64,000 bases of DNA from a bacterium (lineage in GTDB: Bacteria; Auribacterota; UBA3054), in assembly GCA_017557885.1 (NCBI GenBank), contig JAFYXV010000007.1, positions 148,620-212,619 of the forward strand, written 5' to 3'. The notes under the pieces are model-generated. The model ran no database searches and was not told the origin of the DNA. It worked only from the letters and a program-made list of their open reading frames with translations. A program made the translations under genes and the position numbers. Shown here piece after piece: positions 9,119-21,703 of this stretch. Positions within the stretch are counted from its first letter, which is position 1; each line of letters opens with the position of its first letter.

Positions 9119-9556
9119 ATGAATAAATACTTTCTAATCATTTTGGCGCTGGGCCTTTTTTTCCTGCAAGGCTGCTCGTCGCTCCGTTATTCGGAAAAAA
9201 TGACTTACAAAAGTTTGGAAGCAAACGGCATTACGATCGATAAGCCGGCCGGGCCCTGGGAAAAACCCGCCAGCCCCGCGGCGGCTGCTTTCCTGAATTT
9301 TCTTCCAGGCTGCGGCAACTTCTATCTGGCCTGCGGCGACGGAGCCGATTCCGACCATTACCTCTACGGATTCATAAATTGGATCACCTGGCCTGTGTCG
9401 TGGTTCTGGGGCATCCCGGAGGCGGGCATCGACGCCGGCAACATAAACAGGCGCGAGCTGGTCTATTTCTACACCTTCCATCCCGCCGGTCAGAACGCCC
9501 TCGATGAGCTGGGGCTGGAAATGAAACCGGGCGGCTACGTCGTAAAAAAGAAATGA
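9119..9556 (+). CDS. lipoprotein with TM2-like hydrophobic hairpin
   Basis: Lipobox LQGC; AAFLNFLPGCGNFYL...INWITWPVSWFWGI. Confidence 0.7.
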   Translation: MNKYFLIILALGLFFLQGCSSLRYSEKMTYKSLEANGITIDKPAGPWEKPASPAAAAFLNFLPGCGNFYLACGDGADSDHYLYGFINWITWPVSWFWGIPEAGIDAGNINRRELVYFYTFHPAGQNALDELGLEMKPGGYVVKKK

Positions 9557-9571
9557 ACCTGGCGATTTGCT

Positions 9572-9612
9572 AAAAAAAGAGCCCGCGAGAGAAATCGCGG
9601 GCTCTTTTTTTT
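9572..9612. terminator. bidirectional intrinsic terminator
   Basis: AAAAAAAGAGCCCGCGA-GAGAAA-TCGCGGGCTCTTTTTTTT between convergent genes. Confidence 0.88.
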
Positions 9613-9623
9613 GTCTTTGATTT

Positions 9624-11018
9624 TTACTTTCTGGGCGGAGCCTGGTGCACGCAGAGCTTGTGGATGGCGTGGGCCGCTTCCATGACGCCCTCCGCGAGTG
9701 AGGGGTGGGCGTGGATGACGTCGCCTAATTGTTTGGCGGTCATCTTTTGCGAGATGGCGAGCGCCAGTTCCGCTATGATGTCGGAGGCGTGCGCGCCCAT
9801 AATTTGGGCGCCCAAGAGCTCGTCGGTCTTGGCGTCCGAAATGAGTCGGAAGAAGCCTTCGATTTCGCCCATGGCGAGCGCCTTGCCCAAGGCGCCGATG
9901 GGGAACTGGGCGATCGTGACTTCGTGTCCTGCTTCAACGGCTTTCGGTTCGGAGAGGCCAACGGAGGCTATTTCCGGCACGGTGAAGATGCAAGAGGGCA
10001 CCACGCGGTAATCCATGGTTTCGTCAGCGCCGGCGCAGTTTTCCGCGGCCACGATGCCCTGGGCGGTCGCTACGTGGGCCAAAAGGATCTTGCCGGTGAT
10101 GTCGCCGATGGCGTAAATGTTGGGAACTTTCGTTTGCATCTTGTCGTTCACCGCGATGAAGCCGCGTTCCGTTTCAATGCCGATCCTGTCGAGGCCGATG
10201 TCGGCAGTGTTCATGCTTCTGCCTATGGCCACCAGCATTTTTTCCGCTTCAACGGTCGTTTCGCCAACCTTGCCGGTGACGCCGGTCTCGGTTAGCGCAA
10301 TGTCGGAGATGCCGACGCCCAGCATGACATTTATGCCGCGCTTCTTGAAGGCTCTCAGGATGTGCTTGGAGATCTCGGGATCTTCCAAGGGCAAAAGGCG
10401 GTCCAGCATTTCCACGATCGTGACTTTCGTGCCGCATTCCGCTAAGATGCCGGCGAATTCGCAGCCCACCACGCCGCCGCCGATTATTATGATGGAGGAG
10501 GGGAGGGTGGTTTGCGCGAGGAAGGTCTTGCTCTCCACTATTCTTTCATCGTCGAAGGGAATGAAGCGGGGACGCGCGGATTCGCTGCCGGTGGCGATGA
10601 TGCAGTTTTTGAATTCTACAGTTTCGATGCCGTTTTCGGTCTCCACTTCCGCGTGGTTCTGATCGACGAAGCGCGCCTTGCCCATAACGGTCGTGACGCC
10701 GTGAGCCTTCAATAGCTGGGCGATGCCGCCGGTCAGTTTCTTGACCACGCCGTCCTTTCTTTCAATGGCTTTGGCGTAATCTATGGCAGCGCCTTCAGGA
10801 TTTGAGACGCCGAAGGCGGCGGCGTTCTTGACGGTGTGGAAAGCTTCCGCGGAGGCGACCAGAGCCTTGGTGGGAATGCAGCCCCAGTTGAGGCAGGTGC
10901 CGCCCACGGCGGTCCTTTCGGCTATCACTACATTAAGACCGCGCTGGGCGGCTCTGATGGCGGCCGGATACCCGCCGGGTCCGGCGCCCATTACGAAAAC
11001 ATCGCAGGTGTAAGGCAT
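9624..11018 (-). CDS. lpdA: dihydrolipoyl dehydrogenase
   Basis: GAGPGGY, redox motif GGTCLNWGCIPTK, GGGVVGCE, IYAIGD, HAHPSLAE. Confidence 0.92.
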   Translation of the reverse strand: MPYTCDVFVMGAGPGGYPAAIRAAQRGLNVVIAERTAVGGTCLNWGCIPTKALVASAEAFHTVKNAAAFGVSNPEGAAIDYAKAIERKDGVVKKLTGGIAQLLKAHGVTTVMGKARFVDQNHAEVETENGIETVEFKNCIIATGSESARPRFIPFDDERIVESKTFLAQTTLPSSIIIIGGGVVGCEFAGILAECGTKVTIVEMLDRLLPLEDPEISKHILRAFKKRGINVMLGVGISDIALTETGVTGKVGETTVEAEKMLVAIGRSMNTADIGLDRIGIETERGFIAVNDKMQTKVPNIYAIGDITGKILLAHVATAQGIVAAENCAGADETMDYRVVPSCIFTVPEIASVGLSEPKAVEAGHEVTIAQFPIGALGKALAMGEIEGFFRLISDAKTDELLGAQIMGAHASDIIAELALAISQKMTAKQLGDVIHAHPSLAEGVMEAAHAIHKLCVHQAPPRK

Positions 11019-11041
11019 GGTTTTTAAAATTTTATTTATTG

Positions 11042-15075
<4,034 letters not shown>

Positions 15076-15106
15076 GGTGCTTCTAGGTTTTTAAATAATC
15101 TTTTGA

Positions 15107-15135
15107 ATTATACTATTATCCCAAACTTTTGCCAA
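15107..15135 (-). promoter_or_regulatory. sigma70-type promoter for the kinase-ligA-lpdA operon
   Basis: TTGGCA-N17-TATAAT on the minus strand about 30 nt upstream of ATG 15075. Confidence 0.6.
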
Positions 15136-15253
15136 CTCTCTCCGGGCTTCCCGTCGGAACGGGGAATAGTATTAACCCATTGAAATGATATTTTCACTTT
15201 GATAAAATATTTAATCAGCAAACAAAAATAAAACTATTAAAGGAGACAAAAAA

Positions 15254-16603
15254 ATGAACGCCTACGTTCAAAGCGTCATCGAAAAAGTCAAGGCAAAATA
15301 TCCGCATCAGCCGGAATTCTGCCAGACCGTGGAAGAAGTCTTAACTTCCCTTGATCCCGTCATCGCCTCTACCCCCGCTTACGAGCAGGCTGACATCTTA
15401 GGCAGGATGGTGGAGCCCGAAAGGATGTTCACTTTCCGCGTCGTCTGGACGGACGACAACGGCAAAGTCCACACCAACACCGGCTACCGCTGCCAGTTCA
15501 ACGGCGCCATCGGCCCCTACAAGGGCGGCTTGCGCTTCCATCCTTCCGTCTATCCCGGCATCATCCGTTTCCTGGGGTTTGAACAGACTTTCAAGAACGC
15601 CCTGACCGGCCAGCCCATCGGCGGCGCCAAGGGCGGCTCCGACTTCGATCCCAAGGGAAGATCCGACGCGGAAGTCATGCGTTTCTGCCAGAGCTTCATG
15701 ACGGCCCTTTACCGCTACATCGGTCCGGACGTTGACGTTCCCGCCGGCGACATCGGCGTAGGCGGCCGCGAGATCGGTTTCCTTTACGGCCAGTACCGCA
15801 GGCTGAAAGGCGTCTTTGAGAACGGCGTTCTGACGGGCAAGGGCCTCACCTACGGCGGCTCCCTCATTCGTCCGGAAGCCACCGGCTACGGCGCCATCTA
15901 TTACCTCAACGAAGTTTTGAAGCACGAGAACGACTCCCTTAAAGGCAAGACCATCGTCAGTTCCGGCTACGGCAACGTGACCTGGGGCATCTGCAAGAAG
16001 GCCGCCGAACTGGGCGCCAAGGTCATCACCATTTCCGGCAGCGCCGGCTATATCCTGGACGAAGCGGGCGTCAACACTCCCGAGAAGATCGACTACCTCC
16101 TCGAGATGCGCGCCGCCAACGACAAGAACATCAAGAAGTACGCCGACAAGTTCGGCGCCAAATATTTCCCCGGCGAGAAACCCTGGAGCGTCAAGGGCGA
16201 CATCGTCATGCCCGCCGCCACCCAGAACGAAGTGGACGTTAAGGAAGCCAAGCAGATCGTCGCCAACGGCACGAAGTACTACATCGAAGTTTCCAACATG
16301 CCCACCACCAACGAAGCCCTCAATTACCTGAGAAAAGAAGCCGGCATCATCGTCGCTCCCTCCAAGGCCGCCAACGCCGGCGGCGTGGGCGTTTCCGCCC
16401 TGGAGATGTCCCAGAACAGCGAGCGCCTCAATTGGACCGCCGAGGAGGTGGATGAGAAGCTTGCACAGATGATGAAGAACATCCACGACGCTTCCGCCGA
16501 AGCCGCGGAAGAGTACGGCTTAGGTTACGACCTGGTGGCCGGCGCCAATATCGCCGGTTTCAAAAAGGTCGCCACCGCCATGCTCGAACAGGGCCTCTTC
16601 TAA
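15254..16603 (+). CDS. gdhA: NADP-specific glutamate dehydrogenase
   Basis: GPYKGGLRFH, GGAKGGSDFDPKG, DVPAGDIGVGGRE, RPEATGYG, GANIAGF; RBS AAGGAG; strong codon bias. Confidence 0.96.
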   Translation: MNAYVQSVIEKVKAKYPHQPEFCQTVEEVLTSLDPVIASTPAYEQADILGRMVEPERMFTFRVVWTDDNGKVHTNTGYRCQFNGAIGPYKGGLRFHPSVYPGIIRFLGFEQTFKNALTGQPIGGAKGGSDFDPKGRSDAEVMRFCQSFMTALYRYIGPDVDVPAGDIGVGGREIGFLYGQYRRLKGVFENGVLTGKGLTYGGSLIRPEATGYGAIYYLNEVLKHENDSLKGKTIVSSGYGNVTWGICKKAAELGAKVITISGSAGYILDEAGVNTPEKIDYLLEMRAANDKNIKKYADKFGAKYFPGEKPWSVKGDIVMPAATQNEVDVKEAKQIVANGTKYYIEVSNMPTTNEALNYLRKEAGIIVAPSKAANAGGVGVSALEMSQNSERLNWTAEEVDEKLAQMMKNIHDASAEAAEEYGLGYDLVAGANIAGFKKVATAMLEQGLF

Positions 16604-16616
16604 ATTACTGAGCTGA

Positions 16617-16644
16617 CCTGCCCGCCCGGAATCGGGCGGGCAGG
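16617..16644 (+). terminator. 12-bp GC hairpin after gdhA (terminator or stabiliser)
   Basis: CCTGCCCGCCCG-GAAT-CGGGCGGGCAGG, with no immediately adjacent U-tract. Confidence 0.5.
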
Positions 16645-16737
16645 GGAGCGCTCTTGATTTTTGCCAACGCTTGTGATAATATAGTCGGCACATTTTGAAA
16701 TTAACCGTATCAATCTAATTTAAAACCAAGTTCATTT

Positions 16738-16998
16738 ATGCCTTCACATCAGCATCGCGTCAAAAGCCTCAAGCAGGCCGCCGTACGTCAGGAACGCAAC
16801 ACGCAGGTCAAGTCCCGCGTGAAGACCATGTCCAAGAAAGTCTCTCCCGAGAGCCAGGATCTCGAGAAAGATCTCCGCAACGCTATCTCAACGGTTGCCA
16901 AAGCTTCCCAGCTGGGCGTCATTCATCGCAAGGCCGCCAGCCGTCGCATCTCCCGTTTAGCGAAACGCGCCAACAAGATCCAGGCCGAGAAAGCCTGA
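16738..16998 (+). CDS. rpsT: 30S ribosomal protein S20
   Basis: 86 aa and basic; RN..VKSRVKT..KK, KA..LGVIHRKAASRRISRL. Confidence 0.92.
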   Translation: MPSHQHRVKSLKQAAVRQERNTQVKSRVKTMSKKVSPESQDLEKDLRNAISTVAKASQLGVIHRKAASRRISRLAKRANKIQAEKA

Positions 16999-17020
16999 TC
17001 TCCTATATAAACACTCTTAT

Positions 17021-17078
17021 GAGCCGCACAAGCTTTTGCCTGCTTTGGTGGGACAAAAACTTGTGCGGCTTTTTGTTT
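17021..17078 (+). terminator. long hairpin with U-tract after rpsT
   Basis: GAGCCGCACAAG...CTTGTGCGGCTT followed by TTTGTTT. Confidence 0.75.
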
Positions 17079-17121
17079 GCCTAATAATATACGATATAAC
17101 TTTCAACTTAAGAGGTACGCC

Positions 17122-18480
17122 ATGAACGACAATGAAAACCCCCTTCTGAATCCAAAGTTCGACATCACCTGCCTGGGCGGCGGGTACAAACATCTCTCCA
17201 ACAAGGAACACAGCCTCGCCACCATCTGCACGCAAGGCGGCTGGCAGCCCGTCAACGGCGGCCCCAGGGCTCTGCCTATTTTTCAGAGCACGACCTGGCG
17301 CTACGCCACCAGCGAAGAGATGGGCAAGCTGTTTGACCTGGAAGCCGCCGGCTACTTCTACACCAGGCTGCAGAACCCGACCGACGACGTCGTGGCCTGC
17401 AAGATCGCCGACCTTGAGGGCGGCATCGGCGGCGTTCTGACCGCTTCCGGCCAGGCCGCCAGCTTCTTCTCCATTTTCAATATCGCTTCCGCCGGCGACC
17501 ACGTCATCTCTTCCGCTTCCATCTACGGCGGAACGCTGAACCTTTTCGTGGTCACCATGAAGAAACTTGGCATCGAGGTGGAACTCGTCGATCAGGATCT
17601 TCCCGAGGAAGAGCTGGACAAATATTTCCGTCCGAATACCAAGTGCGTTTTTGGCGAAACTTTGACGAACCCCAACGTGAAAGTCCTGGATATCGAGAAA
17701 TTCGCCCGCGTAGCCCACAAGCACGGCGTGCCTTTGATCGTGGACAACACCTTCCCGACGCCCATCAACTGCCGCCCCATAGAATTCGGCTGCGACATCG
17801 TTATCCATTCCACCACGAAGTACCTTGACGGTCACGCCAGCGTGACCGGCGGCGTCATCGTCGATTCCGGCAATTTCGACTGGGACAAGCACGCGGAGAA
17901 GTTCCCCGGCCTCACTACCCCGGACGATAGTTACCACGGCCTCACTTACACAAAGGCTTTCGGCAAGAAGGCCTACCTCGTGAAACTTGTGGCTCAGCTC
18001 ATGAGAGACATCGGCGCCCAGCAGGGTCCGATGAACGCCTTCTTGCTCAACCACGGCCTCGAGACGCTGCATCTCCGTATGCCCAGGCACAGTGAGAACG
18101 GCCAGAAGGTCGCGGAATTCCTCGAATCCAGGCCGGAAGTGGAATGGATCAACTATCCCGGATTGAAGAGCAGCCCGGACTACGAACTGGCCAAGAAGTA
18201 TCTTCCAAACGGCTGCAGCGGCGTCATCGCCTTCTGTGTGAAGGGCGGACGTAAGGAAGCCGCGGAATTCATCGACCGCTTCAAATTCATCGGCGTGGAA
18301 ACGCACGTGGCCGAGAACAGGACGATCGTTCTGCATCCCGCCAGCCACACGCACCGTCAGCTGACGGACGAGCAGCTCGAGGCGGCCGGCATCCCGGTTG
18401 GTCTTATCAGACTGTCCGTCGGTCTTGAGGACGTGAACGATATCATCGCCGACCTCAAGCAGGCTTTCGAGAACAAATAA
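17122..18480 (+). CDS. metY: O-acetylhomoserine aminocarboxypropyltransferase (sulfhydrylase)
   Basis: PIFQSTT, YTRLQNPT, SGQAA, YGGT, DNTF.TP, HSTTKY (PLP Lys), HPASHTHRQL, RLSVGLE. Start moved to ATG 17122 behind AAGAGG. Confidence 0.9.
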   Translation: MNDNENPLLNPKFDITCLGGGYKHLSNKEHSLATICTQGGWQPVNGGPRALPIFQSTTWRYATSEEMGKLFDLEAAGYFYTRLQNPTDDVVACKIADLEGGIGGVLTASGQAASFFSIFNIASAGDHVISSASIYGGTLNLFVVTMKKLGIEVELVDQDLPEEELDKYFRPNTKCVFGETLTNPNVKVLDIEKFARVAHKHGVPLIVDNTFPTPINCRPIEFGCDIVIHSTTKYLDGHASVTGGVIVDSGNFDWDKHAEKFPGLTTPDDSYHGLTYTKAFGKKAYLVKLVAQLMRDIGAQQGPMNAFLLNHGLETLHLRMPRHSENGQKVAEFLESRPEVEWINYPGLKSSPDYELAKKYLPNGCSGVIAFCVKGGRKEAAEFIDRFKFIGVETHVAENRTIVLHPASHTHRQLTDEQLEAAGIPVGLIRLSVGLEDVNDIIADLKQAFENK

Positions 18481-18500
18481 GAGATCTCAAAAAGCAGCAA

Positions 18501-18534
18501 CAAAAAAGGCGCGCCGCAAGGCGCGCCTTTTTTG
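18501..18534. terminator. bidirectional intrinsic terminator (metY / dcw cluster)
   Basis: CAAAAAAGGCGCGCC-GCAA-GGCGCGCCTTTTTTG perfect inverted repeat. Confidence 0.9.
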
Positions 18535-18549
18535 ACGAAATGAAATATA

Positions 18550-19653
18550 TTATTTCTCTATCTGGACGCCGCGCCTTATAAAGGTGGGCTTGTCGTAGTT
18601 GATGCCGGCGATGTAGGTGGCGTCGGTCCCTTTGAAATAGCCTTCGTCCTGGAAGAAATCCATGTCGAACTGCTGCATGGGCCCGGCTTCCGTCGGCTCA
18701 ATGGTGGAGTGGGGGAGGCTCTTCTGGCTGTTTATGCCGGTGGCGAACAGGAGAACTTTGGCGCCTTCCTGGTTGGAGTCGACGTAAAGGCCGTTGTAAA
18801 CCTCCGTCTGGCGGCTGATCTCGTTTTGCAGCGTCATGCGGGCGTCCTTGATCTGCTTGTAGGAAACGTCCGGGGCGGTCATGGTGATAAGGGCGACCTT
18901 TTCGGCCTCCTTCAGGCTCAGGCTTGAGCTTTTCGAGGCGCGGGCGATGTTTATGGCCAGGGAGAGGCTCTGCTCGCCGGTGGCTTCGCCGATGCCTATC
19001 ATGGCGTCCCCGGAGGTGGAGGCGACTTTCATGAACTCGCTGAAGTCCAGGTTCTCATAGCCCGCCTGGTTGACCACGATGTTGATCATTTCGATAAGGC
19101 AGATGATATTCTTGTCGGTGGCCCGCAGAACTTCCAAAAAGGAAACGTTCTCGTTTTCTATGCCTTCGCCGTTGGCGACAGGCATGACCACGGGAACCTC
19201 TTCCTTGATGCCCTTTAGGGCTTGCTGGGCGGATTCCTGCTTTTTGTTGTCGTCATAGTAGAAGGGGAGAGTGACGGAGGCGATGACCACCGCGCCCTCG
19301 GAAGCGGCCATGTGGGCGATGACGCCGGTGGCGCCGGAGCCGGTGCCGCCGCTCAAGCCTGCGCTCAGGATGACGATGTCCGCGTCTTTCAATATCTCCC
19401 GGAGCTTGTCCGCGCTCTCCTGGGCGGCCTGGGCGCCCAGCATGCGGTCCTTGGCGGTGCCGATGCCGGTGGAGCCGATCTCCACTTTGTTTTGGAGGCT
19501 TTGGTTCTTCAGGCTGATGAAGTCGGTGTCCACGCCGTAAAACTCAAAGTTCTCGTTCAAGGTTCCGGCGTATTTTTTCTCGATGCTGGAGATGGTGTTG
19601 CAGCCGCAGCCGCCGACGCCGATGATTTTCACCAAAGGGGTTCTGTTTTTCAT
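18550..19653 (-). CDS. ftsZ: cell division GTPase FtsZ (divergent)
   Basis: KIIGVGGCGCN, AGLSGGTGSG, NLDF T7 loop, C-terminal DKPTFIRRG; last gene of the dcw cluster. Confidence 0.9.
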   Translation of the reverse strand: MKNRTPLVKIIGVGGCGCNTISSIEKKYAGTLNENFEFYGVDTDFISLKNQSLQNKVEIGSTGIGTAKDRMLGAQAAQESADKLREILKDADIVILSAGLSGGTGSGATGVIAHMAASEGAVVIASVTLPFYYDDNKKQESAQQALKGIKEEVPVVMPVANGEGIENENVSFLEVLRATDKNIICLIEMINIVVNQAGYENLDFSEFMKVASTSGDAMIGIGEATGEQSLSLAINIARASKSSSLSLKEAEKVALITMTAPDVSYKQIKDARMTLQNEISRQTEVYNGLYVDSNQEGAKVLLFATGINSQKSLPHSTIEPTEAGPMQQFDMDFFQDEGYFKGTDATYIAGINYDKPTFIRRGVQIEK

Positions 19654-20882
19654 AAAAGGCTGAAAAGATTGAATAATCCGTTGGATTTGCGTTTGGGGGA
19701 ATAGGCCTCTTCCTGGGCGGTGTAAACAAGCATTCCCAGGACCGTGGAGGATCCGGGATCGGTTTGGAACTTGTTGCCGTAGTGCGGGGAGAAGAGTTTT
19801 ATCTCCTTCACATCGCCGTCGGCGGCGGGCTCCTTCGGCACGATGGGGCAGGGAGTCTTGATCTCCACGGAGGTGAATTCCCGGCGAACGTAATTGTTAA
19901 AGGTGGAGCGGGCGGCGTTGCCGGTCAGGAAAACGCCGCTCTGGATCTGCACCAGGACGCCTTTCTCTTTTATCATGTCCGAGATGTACTTGACGGTCTC
20001 CTCGGTCCTGCTCTGGATTATGGTCTCCACCGAGCGGTTCTTGTAAAGCTTGCCGCAGACTCTGATCTCCGGGGCGTCCTTGCTGAAATTTTGCTTGACT
20101 TCCTCCGCAAGGTTGAAGGGAATGCCCAGGCCCAAAGCCAGGTCGTTGGTGACATGGTCGCCGCCCACGGGGAAGTTGCCCGTCTCATAAACGATGCCGT
20201 CTTTCCAGAAGGCGAAACTGGTGCTTCCGGCGCCGGCGTTTATCACAAGCGAGCCTTTCTGCCGCTGCTCCGGAGTCAGGATAGCCCAGCCGTCCGCCAC
20301 CGCGTCGAAGCAGTAGCATTCCACCGTCTGGCCGCTGGAATTAAGGACTCCCGCGATCTTGTCAAGCTCTTTTTTCTCCTGCAGTATGCCGAGCCCGCGG
20401 GCGCTGACTTTTTCGCCCTGGCTTCCCAGGACGTCTTCGATGCTGCGTTTCCTGACGCTGTCGATGAAGTAGTCTTTTATGTAAACATGGACGGGACTCT
20501 TGTCCTTGTGGGTGAAGCGCTTCTCAAATTTTTCATCGATCTCCGAGAGAAGCTTTTCCGTAACGATGCTTCCCTTGTTGTTGTTGTCCACCGTTATGGT
20601 CTCGATGTCGCTGGTTATTCCGGCGCCTCCGACGCTGACTATGACGCCCTTGATGGTGTAATCCATCCGGCTCTTAACGTCGTTTTCCGCCGCCAGGACG
20701 GCCTGCTTGATCGCTTCGGCAGCCTTGGTCTGGTCCTCTATCCGGCTTTTTATTATGCCCTGGGAGGAGGCGGTGCCGTAGCCGATGACTTCCAGGGAGC
20801 CGTTTTCGCCGAGCCGGCCGATGGCGGCCCTCACTGTCTGCGTCCCCAGATCGATAGCTGAGATTATTTTTTCTTTTGCCAT
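19650..20882 (-). CDS. ftsA: cell division protein FtsA (divergent)
   Basis: IDLGT, VIGYG....GI, PVGGDHVTNDLA, AEEVK, C-terminal amphipathic GLFNLFSLL; position before ftsZ. Confidence 0.88.
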   Translation of the reverse strand: MAKEKIISAIDLGTQTVRAAIGRLGENGSLEVIGYGTASSQGIIKSRIEDQTKAAEAIKQAVLAAENDVKSRMDYTIKGVIVSVGGAGITSDIETITVDNNNKGSIVTEKLLSEIDEKFEKRFTHKDKSPVHVYIKDYFIDSVRKRSIEDVLGSQGEKVSARGLGILQEKKELDKIAGVLNSSGQTVECYCFDAVADGWAILTPEQRQKGSLVINAGAGSTSFAFWKDGIVYETGNFPVGGDHVTNDLALGLGIPFNLAEEVKQNFSKDAPEIRVCGKLYKNRSVETIIQSRTEETVKYISDMIKEKGVLVQIQSGVFLTGNAARSTFNNYVRREFTSVEIKTPCPIVPKEPAADGDVKEIKLFSPHYGNKFQTDPGSSTVLGMLVYTAQEEAYSPKRKSNGLFNLFSLL

Positions 20883-20886
20883 GTTT

Positions 20887-21696
20887 TTAGATGTATTTGC
20901 AGATTACCGCCACGTCTTCGTAGCGGGCGTCGATCTTGACAGCGTTGCGGCCCTGCTCCCTGAGGGCTTTGATAACTTCGAACACTTTGGCCACCGCGTC
21001 CTTGGAATATTCCTGCTCCAGGAAGATCTCGTCGATGGAGGCGGTCTTGATTATTATGGCGTCTTCCTTGGTGACGTCCACGCTTTTGACGGTCAGGAAC
21101 GTCCTTTCCGGCCCGTGCTTGATGAGCTTGAGGTATTTCATCGCCGTCAGTATTTTTTCATCGGCGCACCTGGTCCTGGAGCGGAGTTCGTTGAAAGTGT
21201 ATTTTGTTATGACGACCGGAAGGTTGGAGTGGTTCTCAAGCTTCTGCTCGCTCAGGATGTGGCCGGATTCGTCTATGGGAAGGATCTTCTGGTCTTCAGT
21301 CTTCAGGATCGCTATGGGCTCCCTTTCCTTCACGGTGATGATGATCTTGTCGTTCAGGCGCTTCTCCACCACCGCCTCCCGGATGTCCTGGTGGGTCTCT
21401 ATTTTCCTTTTGATCTCCTTGAGGTCCACGGTGTAGTAGTACATGTTGGAGTGCAGGCCGCCCCTTTTGGTGATGGACATTTCGTCCACGCTGTTGTTGC
21501 CCCTGATCTCGATGCTTTTGATCCTGTAGTCCTCGGAATACATTATGCGGCGCATGAAAAGGCCTATGCCCAGGATGATGATGCAGAAGGTCACGACATA
21601 GGCGAGAGATTTCAGGAAACTCTTCGCGAAGTCGTTCAGTCTGGCCTTCGTGACTTCCGGGCGGCGGGCCGCTTTTTGGTTTTTCGGTACGTACAT
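20887..21696 (-). CDS. ftsQ: cell division protein FtsQ/DivIB
   Basis: Single TM, POTRA (IKSIEIRGN...V.KR....I.ITVKEREP), C-terminal IDARYED. Confidence 0.85.
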   Translation of the reverse strand: MYVPKNQKAARRPEVTKARLNDFAKSFLKSLAYVVTFCIIILGIGLFMRRIMYSEDYRIKSIEIRGNNSVDEMSITKRGGLHSNMYYYTVDLKEIKRKIETHQDIREAVVEKRLNDKIIITVKEREPIAILKTEDQKILPIDESGHILSEQKLENHSNLPVVITKYTFNELRSRTRCADEKILTAMKYLKLIKHGPERTFLTVKSVDVTKEDAIIIKTASIDEIFLEQEYSKDAVAKVFEVIKALREQGRNAVKIDARYEDVAVICKYI

Positions 21697-21703
21697 GTTG
21701 CCT

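Noticed and set aside
17000-17121. SAM riboswitch or T-box upstream of metY
   Set aside because: No recognisable aptamer core and too little room; the hairpin is explained as the rpsT terminator.
15398-18354. Long antisense ORFs opposite gdhA (362 aa) and metY (445 aa)
   Set aside because: Expected from strong codon bias on the sense strand. The same applies to 21725-23080, 32317-33723, 37569-39287 and 42211-43428.
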